The position numbers and the translations under genes are program-made. A stretch of DNA of 63,742 nucleotides, the filler included, from Octopus bimaculoides (Eukaryota), in NCBI RefSeq assembly GCF_001194135.2. It is 6 parts of 6 records of this genome, joined end to end, with 100 filler letters (N's around TTAATTAATTAA, not from the genome) between each part and the next. Parts side by side here need not be neighbours in the genome. Positions count along the whole stretch, not along the records: positions 35,522 to 38,910 come from NW_026313939.1; positions 39,011 to 59,332 come from NC_068997.1; 4 more parts are not named here. One strand, 5' to 3'. The notes beneath the pieces were generated by a model. That model was not told where the DNA came from. It made no database searches and worked only from the letters and a program-made list of their open reading frames with translations. Below, in pieces: positions 38,253 through 51,353 of this stretch. Position 1 is the stretch's first letter; each line of letters opens with the position of its first letter.

Positions 38253-38630
38253 GCATCTATAGAAATCCACACCTTACAAGATAGCAATCTGGGAGTTGCA
38301 CCAATGGATTCCTCATGGTCGAAAATATCCGGAATCGACCATTTATTATTTTTTTTATTGTTTCCTAAGACCCGAATTTTTGTATTAAAAATAATTTTAA
38401 ACCATAAATACTAACAATTTTCAAATCGGAGCATGAGTTAAGTCCCCTTCTAGCGACGGTGTAAACAGAGGGAGACTGATAGCGACATATAGCTGGTCAT
38501 GCGTGAAAATGGAAGAGAGCAGAAGTTACCAGAGCAAAAATTCTAAGTGTTCACTGTACATACGATCCTTCAAAAATGATCAGCTATTATTTTGTAAACA
38601 ATGTTATGAAACTGTTCATGTTTTCGAATT

Positions 38631-38910
38631 ATATATATTTATATAAAAATGAGAATGTGTGTCTGTCTGTCTGTATGTCTGTCTGTCTGTCTGTCTGTCT
38701 GTGTGAATCCCTAAAACTCGAGAACTACGCAACCAATTTCATTCAAATTTTACACATGCCTTACTTAGGGTTCCAGTTGTGTTTTAGTCAAAATAAAATT
38801 ATTAACTCCTTGCAGAGTTCGAGCACACGGCAACATAATATCTCCTCCACTATTTAAGTATTACGTGTCAAAAGTGAAACAAAAACACTCATGTCAAATA
38901 CTTTCACTTT
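38631..38910 (+). mobile_element. Second copy of the Helitron/Helentron-like 5' end with an internal (GTCT)n
   Basis: Shares about 60 nt nearly identically with 37950-38055, with an expanded microsatellite. Confidence 0.55.
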
Positions 38911-39010
38911 NNNNNNNNNNNNNNNNNNNNNNNNNNNNNNNNNNNNNNNNNNNNTTAATTAATTAANNNNNNNNNNNNNNNNNNNNNNNNNNNNNNNNNN
39001 NNNNNNNNNN

Positions 39011-39593
39011 CGCAGAACAAACACAAGCACCCCAAGAAACTTGTTGTGTTCTGCGTCGTCTCCAGTGAAATAAACTTTGACCAAGAACAGAAGGTCAACA
39101 GAAGGAATAACAAGTATCCATGTGCAGCCTCTACAGACAAATCCATGGTGACGCACACCAAGTTCCCATCATCTCTCATGGTCTTGAGGATTGTGAACAA
39201 GAGCTATGTTATTCCACCTCGCTTCTTTTTGAAGGGACTCTCTGAGCCTATGTCACCATCCTCATCAAGCTGATGGACCCAGTGGTTAAGCCTTGAATGG
39301 GGTGGGTTGGCCAAGGGAAGACCGTGCATGTTTCTGCTACTTTCCACATGGCCTTCACAATACAAGAGTGGCTGGTTGATTTCCCCACAAAATGTGATAT
39401 CCAAGCTCCACTGATATGAACCTCCAACACTGCTACTACATCTGGGATGTCATCAAGAGGGAGACCAGCCAGCAGCTCCACAACATCAAGGACTCATTGA
39501 AGGCCACCATCGCCGATGTGACAGGCAGCATTAATGAGAACCACCTGATTCTGGCATCCAGTCGCTTCCATGGCCGCATTGAAACCGTCATTG
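39011..39593 (+). mobile_element. maT/DD37D-type Tc1-mariner transposase remnant
   Basis: SSEINFDQEQKVNRRNN...VTHTKFPSSLMVLRIVNK..VIPPRFF...DMNLQHCYYIWDVIKRET...DSLKATI...HLILASSRFHGRIETVI. Confidence 0.85.
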
Positions 39594-39789
39594 NNNNNNN
39601 NNNNNNNNNNNNNNNNNNNNNNNNNNNNNNNNNNNNNNNNNNNNNNNNNNNNNNNNNNNNNNNNNNNNNNNNNNNNNNNNNNNNNNNNNNNNNNNNNNNN
39701 NNNNNNNNNNNNNNNNNNNNNNNNNNNNNNNNNNNNNNNNNNNNNNNNNNNNNNNNNNTTTGTTACACAAGTGCATAAGCCACTGTCAG

Positions 39790-40000
39790 ACATCTGAACA
39801 GAAACTACAGCATTGCATCTGCTGTCAAACAAGAAGCTTCCAATTATACTGGAACTGTGGACTGCAGCCCAAGTACACATTCTGGGATAGGCTACACCTT
39901 TCGTTAGTATTTGCTGAGGATCCTCTGCAGCATAAAAAGACAGTCATATCAGCTGATGATGCCATCCACATGAAATGTTGTCTCATCTGACCAAAATATC
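39790..40000 (-). mobile_element. Second Tc1/mariner-superfamily transposase remnant
   Basis: IFWSDETTFHVDG...CTWAAVHSSSIIGSFLFD (first catalytic D motif and the VW motif). Confidence 0.75.
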
Positions 40001-41627
40001 TGAACAACAAAGCAGAGACCACTGCACAAGTACATCAACATTTCCTGGCAGAATTGAGCCTTAGTTACTGTGATGTAACGTAATTAACTCATACTTCTGA
40101 AATGAAAATGTCTGCATATAACCTTCGTTTATATAATATTATTTTAAGTACATGTGATTGGTTATGATAATACAACTCAATAATTATTATACATGGTTCT
40201 TGTACAACTTATGACAAACCCTTTTTATTCAAAATTATTAGCATTGAGAAGTTTCAACATTTCTGAACTTATATAACACTAATTACATTTATTGACTATA
40301 TTCAGAAATATCTATCAACTAACTGTTACCATAAAGGTATTTTTTTGTAGTCAAGATTTTATAATTAGAACCAAAACTAACTTTTGCTTCTCTTAGAACT
40401 ATTTTTGTAGGTCTATTGCTATGAGTCAGTGATAAGCTTTAAAAATTACTTCATACTATTTTGTACATCATTTTATTTTTGAGAACATAAATGGAAGATA
40501 TAATCTCACAATGTGTCAAGCCCGCAACCTAATTTTTGATTTTTAGTGCTAGTCATTTCACTTAGTTCAATAACACAGATGCGAATGACATAATTAACAT
40601 CACATCTCTCTCCTTTACATATCTGGGATATTTTACTTAGACTAAAAGGTAATAAGTACCAAATAGGTAATATTTCAACACTTAATGGTTCTGATTCTTT
40701 ACAGCAAATGATGCTTTCCTTTCACAAAATTGATACATTTGTCAAAAGCATTAGTTTTGCAGACATCTTACATCACTTAACGTGTAAATAAGTCACCTTT
40801 TACTCAAGAAAAAAAAACATATTTGAAATATAATACCTACACCCGTAAAAAAAATCTAACAATTTAGCTGATATGTATATATGTATATATATATATATAT
40901 ATACAAAATCAAGTATATAGTCAAATTCTACACATCTACAGTTATTTTTAAACTAAATATTAACCTAAGTAAAAGTTTGTATGTGATACTCCATCATATA
41001 GCATAACCAAAGAAAATGTAGCCATTCCTTTACCTAAAGCTATACATACACTCACATTAAATATATTGAAGTACAAGAGTCAGAATCTTTATGGGAACTC
41101 AGCCACTGTACTGCAAATATGCAATACTAATTATAATCATTTCAAGTTTTGTGGTAATAAAGGAATACCAAAGCCCTCTTACATGGTATATAACTTGAAT
41201 AGTGGCTCCTAAAATTAATAATTTGTGGCTCGAGAAACACAAAATGAACTACAGACTCTTTGTAGTAAGCTACTAGCTCAGCAAAGTATAATTCTCTCTT
41301 CAAACTAAACTATACAAACTAATTGCCAACGCCAATGGTAGAGAGAAAGTAAACATTCTTCAGATAACACCAAATATCAGATTAGTAATTGACTACCATA
41401 TACTGAACCAATATAATTCATTCTAAACCAGAACTTCATATAAAGTATGCTTAATACAAACCTTTGTGAGCAACATGGATATCACTGGCAAAATGATAGT
41501 TTGTGTCAATATTGTAGATTTGTGTTTTGTTATTTTCATTGAGACAATGAAACAACTAATATAAGGTCAATCTAAGTATACAATAAACAGGCTATTTTAG
41601 GAAATTTAAAGCAAGTGAATTACATAC

Positions 41628-41661
41628 CTGTGGTATCCTTTAATGCATCATCAGATTGTTC
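41628..41661 (-). CDS. SAFB: SAFB-like exon 5 (EQSDDALKDTT)
   Basis: 34 nt; acceptor ttcttcactttccag|GAA, donor CAG|GTATGT; phase 0 to 1, in frame with exon 4. Confidence 0.7.
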
Positions 41662-42054
41662 CTGGAAAGTGAAGAAAAAAAATAACTGATATGACTAATA
41701 GCAACAAATGAAAGAAAACACATACAGTAGCAGTACATTTTTCATTTTTACTTTCATTCATATTATGTCAAATTGCTTATCTTTATATGTAATATAATTG
41801 TGAATCAAGATATGTGTATATGTGAATCAAGATGTTTTTATGTTTCAAGAATTTTAAGTGGAATTTATAATTGGTCAACTGTGATAGATATAGGAAACTG
41901 TTGAATTTCAAGTAAAATAATCTTCATATTAATGAAATCATACCATATCTAACACTAATTATCAATTATGAAATGAAAGTAATAACTTGCACTAAAACAA
42001 GTAGTGCAATATAGTTAGTAGAACAATGTAAAAGGTGTAGTAAATTTTAATTAC

Positions 42055-42294
42055 CTGTAGAACAGTTCCAGTGTCTTTGTCCGTATCTAAAGAGATAGGT
42101 AGTTCCTCTTTAAACTGGTCTTTATCTAAGGTGTTATCTGTCAACATATCTGATGGTTTGGTGTCACTCGAAAGCAGTCGATCCTCTGTAAGGTCTTCCA
42201 CAGAAGTTTTGTCAGAGAGCAAAGAGTAACCATTTGAATTGGAGGTGTTTAAGAAGACATCTGTTAATGCCACGTTAGACGTCTCCGATTCTTT
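42055..42294 (-). CDS. SAFB: SAFB-like exon 4, acidic linker (KESETSNV...DTGTVLQ)
   Basis: 240 nt open frame, D/E/S/T-rich; acceptor ttttaattttcag|AAA, donor CAG|GTAATT; phase 0-0. Confidence 0.8.
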
Positions 42295-45200
42295 CTGAAA
42301 ATTAAAACAAAACAAGTTTCCGTTACCCCTCAACATTGAACCATCCGATATTTATCCTTTGCTCACTGTAATATCCATTAGTATCTTATTCTTATTGAAT
42401 GCTTAAATTATTGCTGTATTCCATTTTTACAGAAGTAAAGAGACAGACAGTTATAGGACATGACACACACAAAAATTTATAAATGTAACACATGGGTAAT
42501 CACAAGCTTAAAATGGCGTATAGTAGACATGTATGTATATATTGAGTGTGTGTGTGTGTGTTGCTTTGCTATGGACAGCAGAAAAGCCACCTACCCCCTC
42601 TCTCCTTAAAGCTACGCATTCCTTACACCCACCTTTCTGTGTGTGTGTGTGTGTGTATGTTGTATCTATGTATTTACGAAAGTACATATGCAGTGTCGTG
42701 TGCATATGACAGCTTTATTAATGTTATCACCCTATTTCTACCTTCACTGATATAAGTCACCCTCTCGCTGTTACTACCTCAGACTTACACTTTTGCAACC
42801 TTCTCATATAATTTGGCCAACACCCCTGGTGGGCACATTATAGATTTTTATTGAAATCTAATTGGCCTATTATTGAACTGGATGTTAGTGTCACATGTAT
42901 GCAAAGTTTCATGAATATTGGTTTGGCGGTTTAGGCACTAAGTTGCTAACAGATAGACAGACAGAAATTGCCATATATATATATATATANNNNNNNNNNN
43001 NNNNNNNNNNNNNNNNNNNNNNNNNNNNNNNNNNNNNNNNNNNNNNNNNNNNNNNNNNNNNNNNNNNNNNNNNNNNNNNNNNNNNNNNNNNNNNNNNNNN
43101 NNNNNNNNNNNNNNNNNNNNNNNNNNNNNNNNNNNNNNNNNNNNNNNNNNNNNNNNNNNNNNNNNNNNNNNNNNNNNNNNNNNNNNNNNNNNNNNNNNNN
43201 NNNNNNNNCACACAAACAAACGTGTGTGAATACATTACTGTTACCATGCCTTCATATCACAAGATAATTGTAAACAATTATCGCAGACTACTATACTAAT
43301 CATAAAGTTGGAGACTAATGTATTACCAACAATAACATGACCACAGTGTCCAAGAAACAGTAGATTTCTATACTAAGACAGGGAAAATGAATGAGTATTT
43401 TAATCACAAATAATCAGCCATGGACTCCATCTCAAAACAAAAAGTGGCAAACACCACCAAAAAAATAGTATACTAAACAGTGACAATTGGAAAATATGTA
43501 GAAGAAAGAAATTATCTACAAAAATATGACAGAATTCACCAACCTCATCCATGTTGTCTGTAGTATGCTCATTTTCTAGAAATAAAAATAATTTAACATC
43601 AATTTAGTAATTTCAATATTATTTATCATTCAGTTACACACACACACACACACAAGCTTATGTTACACGCATCTGAACAGAGACACAAAAACAGTCACAC
43701 ACAGCTGTACACGGCATAACATTGAGTTAATCACACATTACATAATACTGTTACACACATCTAACCAGTTTAAAATTCGGTTTCACACACCTGAATATGA
43801 GAACTAGTTATATCAACTAGTTATAAGAACATGAAACAAGTTGCTGTTTTATATCCAATTATCACATTAACAATGGCAGAAAGGGTTTTAATGCACTTTT
43901 TGCTCATAAAATATATTACTGTCAAATGGGAATGGGACTTGTCAGCTCACTAGACAGAGACAACACAGTTTGCTAAGAACAACACATCTAATTTATTTAC
44001 AGTCTAAAATATAATTATCATGACTTATACATCTCCCAGTGTTAGCACCAACATTATTGCAAAAATCATCATTTAACATCCATCTTTGATGCTGGCATAG
44101 GTTGAACTGTTTGACAGGATCCAACAGAGCCAGAGAATTGTGTCAAGCTTCTATGTCAGCGCTGGCATGGTTTGGATGCCCTTCTAAATACCAACCACTG
44201 TACTCATTGTACTGGGTGCTTTTTCCATAAGACAAGCACTAGGGAGGTCACCAAGTAATTTGCAAAACAAAGGAAAAAAACCCAGCACTGAATGGGATTG
44301 TAGTAGAGTTGGAAGTTATGCCAGGTGTTCAGAGGCCAGAGTATGATAGAGAGACAGGCTCAGGTGTCTTCTTATAGAGAAAATAAATGGCTACACCGAC
44401 ATTATGTAAAGGTGGGTGGGAGTAAGTGGAAAGAAGACAGTGATGGTAGTGACAAAGAGTCAGAGAGTACTCTCAAGACAAAACAAGGTGAGTATAGGAG
44501 AGAATATGGACAGCAGGTGAGGACAGATGGGTGGGTATGTTAATCAGAATGAGAAATGAGAGTAATAACAGATGGTTAGAGAAGGGGGTAGAGATGGATG
44601 TAGTGAAGGAACAATGCTGGAGGTGTGGTTGATGGTCAATATGTGTATCAGAAGAAAAGGAATGGCTCAAGAAGGAAAAGGTGACAAGTGGCAGTGCAAG
44701 GAAGGGTGGAAAGCATAGTATAATAAACCTGTAGACAGATCAAAAAATAGGGAGATTATGAGAGACAGACATGGGAGAGAGAGAGAGAGAGATGTTCAGT
44801 AACAGATATTAATGTCAGAAGTACTAGGGATGGCTATAGAGAATGGGAGATAAAGGTGCAGGGAGACCATCAACAGCAGACACAAGATGGTATAAGAATG
44901 AGAGCAGATGCAAGAAGGTGTTAAAGACAAGTTATGGCAGTCTTAAGATGTGGTTCAGAGAAAGGGAAGAAAAGCAATAAGTAGAGGCACAAAGACAGGT
45001 GATTGGTCAACAATAAAATTCGAAACACAGATGACATAACTTAATATACATGCATACATTCTTAGCATACATATAAACACATATACAAAATCTATATCTC
45101 TATCGTTAATTATATAATTCTGATACTTACTAATATCTTCAGTAGATTGATTTTCTTCCAGATTTTTCTCTTCAGAGTGAGTCTAGAATTGTCAAAATAT

Positions 45201-45737
45201 CAAGTTAAGGCTGTTAAAAAGTCTAGTGAAAGTGACACATTTTATAAAAAATTTGTTATAGGTAATTACAATGAGATGTACATGTGTTTGTGTGCATGTG
45301 AGAGAGAGAGAGAGAGGGAGAGTAAGTTGAAGAAGCAAGAAATTGAAAGTATTGAGAAAAATGCTGACAGAAAACATGTGTGTGTGCAATCCTATTCAAA
45401 ATTGGATTAACACAATTGCCTTTTATCTTTTACTGGCTGCAGCCATTCAGCTGCAGCCATGCTGGGGTACCACTTTGAAGATCCTCATTGAACAAATCCT
45501 GTACCCCACCCCCTGTACTCATCCTTTTAAAACTGGTACAAATTCTCTCAGTATTTTGGCCAAGCTGCAAACAAACCAACACTGGCTATTAAGTGGTGTG
45601 GATTTGGAATGGGGCAAAATTCTTCAGTGGAATTTTATATAATTTAGTGGAATTCTTGAGCAAGATTAAGTTGAGATAATCACAAGAAAAGAGAAATTAT
45701 TAAAATTAAAAAAAAAAAAACAAAAAAAAAAACTCAC

Positions 45738-45763
45738 GTCAATTTTCACCAAGGCAGCTACAT
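45738..45763 (-). CDS. SAFB: SAFB-like micro-exon 3 (DVAALVKID)
   Basis: 26 nt; acceptor ttattgtttttcag|AT, donor GAC|GTGAGT. Phase 1 to 0 links exons 2 and 4 in frame. Confidence 0.7.
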
Positions 45764-45986
45764 CTGAAAAACAATAAGAACATTTAATTAAGAGGAATGA
45801 AAATGAACATCAAATTAGATTTCTAATTATGAATTAACCTATACATAATAGAATCATGTCATTTTCTTCAATAATTAAAGTTTAAGCAAATCCAGTGCTA
45901 GCATACATGCATGGAGAGATGGATAAACAAACAGACAGGTGGGTAGGTGGATGAGTGAGTGAATGGCTGGATGGATTGAGCTAAAT

Positions 45987-46018
<32 letters not shown>

Positions 46019-46533
46019 NNNNNNNNNNNNNNNNNNNNNNNNNNNNNNNNNNNNNNNNNNNNNNNNNNNNNNNNNNNNNNNNNNNNNNNNNNNNNNNNNN
46101 NNNNNNNNNNNNNNNNNNNNNNNNNNNNNNNNNNNNNNNNNNNNNNNNNNNNNNNNNNNNNNNNNNNNNNNNNNNNNNNNNNNNNNNNNNNNNNNNNNNN
46201 NNNNNNNNNNNNNNNNNNNNNNNNNNNNNNNNNNNNNNNNNNNNNNNNNNNNNNNNNNNNNNNNNNNNNNNNNNNNNNNNNNNNNNNNNNNNNNNNNNNN
46301 NNNNNNNNNNNNNNNNNNNNNNNNNNNNNNNNNNNNNNNNAAGAAACTTGCTTCTCAGCTACATGGTTTCGGGTTCAGTTCCACTGCGTGGCACCTTAGG
46401 CAAGTGTCTTCCGCTATAGCCCCAGGCCAACCGAAGCTTTGTGTTTGAATTTGGTAGGCGGAAGTTACTGACACGTATGTATATGTGTGTATAGGTGCTT
46501 GTGCCTCTCCGAGAGAGAAAGAGAGGGAGGGAT

Positions 46534-46584
<51 letters not shown>

Positions 46585-46796
46585 GATGGACTTCCACACA
46601 GTTTTTGTCAACCAAACTCATTGGACAGTCTGGGGTTCTAGTAGAGGACACTTGCCAAAGGTGAATCTGAAACCACATGGTTGCAAAGCAAGCTTCTTTA
46701 TCACACAACTATGCACACATACACACACACAAGTACTGATCTAAAACCAAAAGAAACAAAACACCCATAACTAAAATAAATGAGATAGAACTGCAC

Positions 46797-46854
46797 CTGA
46801 TTTCTCTTCACTTCCTTTGGTATTTTTACGACTTTCTTCTTCACATTTCAGAGC
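46797..46854 (-). CDS. SAFB: SAFB-like exon 2 (ALKCEEESRKNTKGSEEKS)
   Basis: Acceptor tctcttttccacag|GCT, donor CAG|GTGCAG; phase 0 to 1. Gives ERLEK|AL, as expected after the SAP helix. Confidence 0.8.
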
Positions 46855-48051
46855 CTGTGGAAAAGAGATAACAAAAGCACTGATGAGATCCTTGAATCTT
46901 CATTAGCACAACATCTATAACATTTGTTGGTACAGAAACCATTAGATATTTAAAGTAACACAGACATGCTATCAATCTATTACCATCTGGTTTGCAATGC
47001 TGGCACAAATTGTATTTGTTTGCTATATAACAAACCAACCATCTTAGTTTTATCAAACGGGAATTATAGCAATAATAAGTGTGTGATAGATTCTCTTTCA
47101 TAGGACTAATTTGAATAGTGGGAGCCATTTTCTTCCAATCCTAGTTCTACCTTTTACTTTAACCATATTTCTGTCAAAAGACATTGCTTTTGTTTCAATT
47201 TATTTTGAAAGCAGCAAAGAACTTAACCCTTTCATTACTGTATTCATTGAGATGCTCTGTGTTTCTTTCAATTAATTTTAAATAAAACAAGGAATTTAAT
47301 AAAATAACTTAATTATCATTAAGCTAGTGTTAGGAACATAAATTGAGACCATGGTTTGGTGGAAGATTTTAATTCAAAACTTATAATTTGGTCTAAAAAC
47401 TGATTAAAGTTTATTAGGGCCTCAAGGATTTAAATAAACATTTTTAAAAAAATAATGCTTTTAATTTACAACGAAGCTTGTAAAAAGTAATGGAAACTAC
47501 AAAAGTATCGGCACTGTCTTGGTATTAGCTGTCAGAAGTGAAAGTAGAACTGACAAGGAACGTTACTGCTGGTTTGAGTTGATTCTTTGGCTACTGACTA
47601 GCCGGAGCTATCTATCTGTCTGTCTGTCTATCTCACTATCTCTCTCTCTATATATATATATCTATCTACCTATCTATCTATCACTCGTTCACCTCTGTGT
47701 CCGTAGAATTTATCAAATTAGAAAACGCAAATTTAATATAAAAATATATTTTCTGAAATTGAAAATTATTTAAAATATAAAAATATAATTTTCAACAAAG
47801 AGAATTTATCAAAATAGAAAACAAATGAAGTTTGAAGTTTAAAAATAATAGGATCGACCACTCACGTCTAGCTAGCGCGGACTGCATCCTTTAGGCAACT
47901 TCCGTCAAAATACTTTATTAAATTAATTTACAAATTTTGTGACCTAGAAACTAAGTTGCCTCGTAAGTTCACAAGTGCACATCTAAATAAAGAAATGCAA
48001 TTTTTTTTTTATAATGCTAGAATTATATTTACAGATTAATAAATTCAAAAA

Positions 48052-48153
48052 TTGGGCGAAGGTAAAGAATACGTACACCTGGTGTCTAGGGTCAATTTAG
48101 GGTTAGGGTTGCTCCGAAAACGGGTGGTGTGCATATTCTTTACCTCCGCCCAA
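48052..48153. mobile_element. Palindromic MITE-like element with internal TTAGGG
   Basis: 28-bp inverted ends (3 mismatches) around tagggtcaatttagggttagggtt. Confidence 0.7.
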
Positions 48154-48356
48154 AAAATGATTAACAGTAAGTTTTTATATAAGTTAAGCTGGCTGAATCG
48201 TTAACACATCGGACAAAATACTTAGGAGCATTTCCGACGGCCCTTTACATTTTGAGTTCAAATGCCGCCGATAAAATAAAATATCTGTCATGTACTGAGA
48301 TCAAAATAATAGACTACACCCCAAATTTCAGGCCTCGTGTATATAGTAGAAATTAT

Positions 48357-48488
48357 GGTAAATTTTCAGATTAACACCCGCACGATTTTCACAAGGGTGT
48401 TAGGGTTAGGCTTTTAGGGTTAGCGACGGAATTCCTTAACCCTAACACCCCAGTGAAAATCGTGCGGGTGTTAATCTGAAAATTTACC
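48357..48488. mobile_element. Palindromic MITE-like element with a TTAGGG/CCCTAA core
   Basis: 36-bp perfect TIR ggtaaattttcagattaacacccgcacgattttcac. Confidence 0.85.
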
Positions 48489-48701
48489 GAAATGATTATT
48501 ATAATTAGGAATTTTGGTTTCGTAAATAAAAACAGGAAAGAAACAATTTTCAGACATTCGAGTCCGAAGTCGAAAGAAGTGTTTATATATATATATACAA
48601 GTATACAAATGTCATTAAGGAGACGAAATGACAATGTTTAAAACTGATATAGTATTGTTTTTCTCTTGCTTTAATTGGTATGTTGCATAGAGAGACGTTT
48701 T

Positions 48702-48896
48702 GGTAAGTTTTCAGATTAACACCCGCGAGATCTTCATTAGGGTGCTAGGGCTAGGGTTTTAGGGTTAAGGTTACGGTTAGGGACGGAATTCCCTAACCCA
48801 AACCATAACCCTAAAACCCTAACCGTAACGCTAAACCCTGACACTGACCCTAAAACCCTAGTGAAGATCGTGCGGGTGTTAATCTGAAAAATTACC
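48702..48896. mobile_element. Second copy of the same TIR family with a longer telomere-like core
   Basis: Same TIR (ggtaa.ttttcagattaacacccgc...); left half (TTAGGG)-like, right half (CCCTAA)-like. Confidence 0.85.
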
Positions 48897-49696
48897 GAAG
48901 TTTTTACTGTATGCCAAAAATATCAAAACCAAAATAAAATAAAAGCTAATAGCATGACAGTGCCAAAAATTATTTTAATCGACAAAAGTACGTTGATGGT
49001 AGAGAGCAAAAACTTTTGTTTGGTTTTAAATTGTGAATTCCAAATGTTTTAGAATATGGAATATATGAGGGGCAAAAAATTTTTTTCTTTTTTATCTATC
49101 CATGGTTGTGAAGACACGTGGGGGAAGTGGGGCAAGTNNNNNNNNNNNNNNNNNNNNNNNNNNNNNNNNNNNNNNNNNATTTTCTTTTTATAAAACGCTT
49201 CCCCCCCCCCATCATTTTGAAATGCGTGGAGTAAAAAAAAATCCGTAAATCCCGACCAAAACAGAGAAAATCAAACTCATGTGGGTGAGCTTGTTTCGAA
49301 ACTCCGCCATTACGAATCAGTCCTTCGCCTTCCGTTTACAACTGAGTCCCTGATACTATATTCCATTAGATTCCCGTAAACAGTGGAATAATGTTGGAGA
49401 CCAGGGGGTAGATATATAACGAAGGATTACTTAGTAACAAATAATTAATCATGCTTTTATAAAATATAAACAAAAGTCATTTATAAACCGTTTGGGTTTA
49501 AAATGGCTACAAATGACTTTCGCCACAATGAAACCTTAATTTTCTTTCAATATACGTATAATATTTTGATCTGTTAGGCGTTTTTGTACGAGTTTTGAAG
49601 GTTCAGGAAACCCCCAACATTGTTATAATTATAACACTATGTTATTATATATATATATTACATATAAACACCGTCGCTCATTAAGATTTCTCCTAC

Positions 49697-49831
49697 CTTT
49701 TCTAAACGTTCCAACAACACGGCCTTTACTCCAGTCTTGTCCAGACCTCGTTTCTCCAGTTCACTGCGAAGATCCACAACCCTGAGATCCGTTAGTTTGC
49801 CACTAGAGATCTCACCACTTGCACTCGCCAT
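49697..49831 (-). CDS. SAFB: SAFB/SLTM-like gene, first coding exon (SAP domain)
   Basis: Translates to [45 protein letters not shown] (45 codons), which matches the SAP motif of scaffold attachment factor B (L.DLRV.DLR.EL..R.....G.K..L.ERL.K). Ends at AAG|GTAGGA donor, phase 0. Too short for the ORF track. Confidence 0.93.
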
Positions 49832-49993
49832 GGTATGATGTATTATGGTGTGAGCAAATATCGAGAGTCGTTATCCACTGATTTCCCGTCGAAGCAAAAA
49901 CTTAAGGACGCAATTGAAGTTTTATTTATCTTTACAAGAGTTACCTCCCTTTTATGCGTGGTGACGTTAAAGCTGCTTCGTTTGTTGTTGTTG

Positions 49994-50007
49994 CCACCAG
50001 GTGGCAC
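49994..50007 (+). promoter_or_regulatory. CTCF-like core motif upstream of the SAFB ATG
   Basis: CCACCAGGTGGCAC fits the CCASYAGRKGGCRS consensus at every position; about 165 bp upstream of the ATG. Confidence 0.5.
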
Positions 50008-50027
50008 AAGTGTCAAGCTGAAAAAGC

Positions 50028-50041
50028 ATTGCTATGGCAAC
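50028..50041. promoter_or_regulatory. RFX X-box-like motif
   Basis: ATTGCTATGGCAAC versus the palindromic consensus GTTGCCATGGCAAC (2 differences), in the putative promoter. Confidence 0.4.
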
Positions 50042-51353
50042 GACCATCACATTCCTAACAGTCTTCTCTTCATTCCTACTTGTACTGCAGGCAATACCTA
50101 CCTTACGGAACACCGCGTTCCTGAAAATCTTGTCGTAAGGTGGGGTTTCGTAACAGGAAACTGGTTTCTATGCTTATAACTAAGACGGTGCACAAATTTA
50201 TTCTTTGAATTTTCTACCAAAAATATTTGCCAATGTGCATTTTCAATCTTGAATTTTTATTTGTACTTTGTTTTGTTGTGTTACGCTCTCTTTACTGATT
50301 CATATTATATGCCTTTTGTATGACTAAAATACTTACTCTATCAGGTCTAGTCAGAAAACTAGACCTGATAGAGAAAAACTGAAGTTATTTTTGAATTTAG
50401 CAGGTAAATTCACTTAAAAATTTGTTGAAATATTCCAGGCACTGGACAGTTTTTTTTTGTTTTGTTTATTTTTGCCCAGTGTAATGTGACATAGCCATTT
50501 ATCTCCTCAACAGCAAGACGCCTGTCCCTCTATCATACTTTAAGCCTTCAACATCTGGCATAAAGCCACCTCCCCTTCTCTCAAACACTCCTACTCAGTC
50601 GAGGGGGATTTTTCCTTTCTTTATTTCACTTTGCAAGTTGGTGACGTCTCTAGTGCCAGCGTCACAAGAAAAGCACCCAGGGCATTCTGACCCTTTCAAA
50701 CCGTCCAACCCATGCCAGTACTGAAAACAGACATTGAATGATAATAACAATGACAGTGTGAACTGACTTGTACCCTCTGGACTGGACTGCATCTGTTGAA
50801 TGATGGTAGCATTAATATCCTGCACGTGATTTTTGAGAGTTAGGATGGCACATTCAGAAAGCCACTGTAGGTGTTCTATTTGAGATGATTGTCAGAGTTT
50901 GTTTGAAATGACTACAGAACTTTACCTATGATGTGAGTGTTACCTCTGAGAGCTTCTGTATGATTGAAAGCTTCGAACGCAAGTCTGTGCGACATTATGC
51001 ACTCATACTTTCAGCTAGGCCTGCTTGTCCAAATCCTCTGCCAATATTGCATACAGGACTGTCAGTGTGTGCAGGGATGGGTGGCAGTTCATAGCTAAAA
51101 AAGATAGGTCTTGCAACCTGTGGGCAAAGATGTGGCAATTCTGCAGGAGGCCACCACAGGAGGAATCTGAGTGAATAAACTTTTTGTGAAAAGTTAAGTT
51201 GATAACAAAAACGAACATTTTGACTTCCACTAGAAGCTTCAAGGAAAACAAACAGTGACATGTTGAAATAGAGAAAGAGGAAAGATGAAAAAGATGATAG
51301 AGCAAAAGCAGAGGGGGTAAAGAAAAAATATAGAAAGAAATACAGACATGAAT

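Noticed and set aside
44300-45000. Purine-rich stretch possibly from a decayed RT
   Set aside because: No convincing motif in any frame.
48400-48860. Telomere or telomere fusion
   Set aside because: TTAGGG units are few, degenerate and enclosed by transposon-like TIRs inside an intron.
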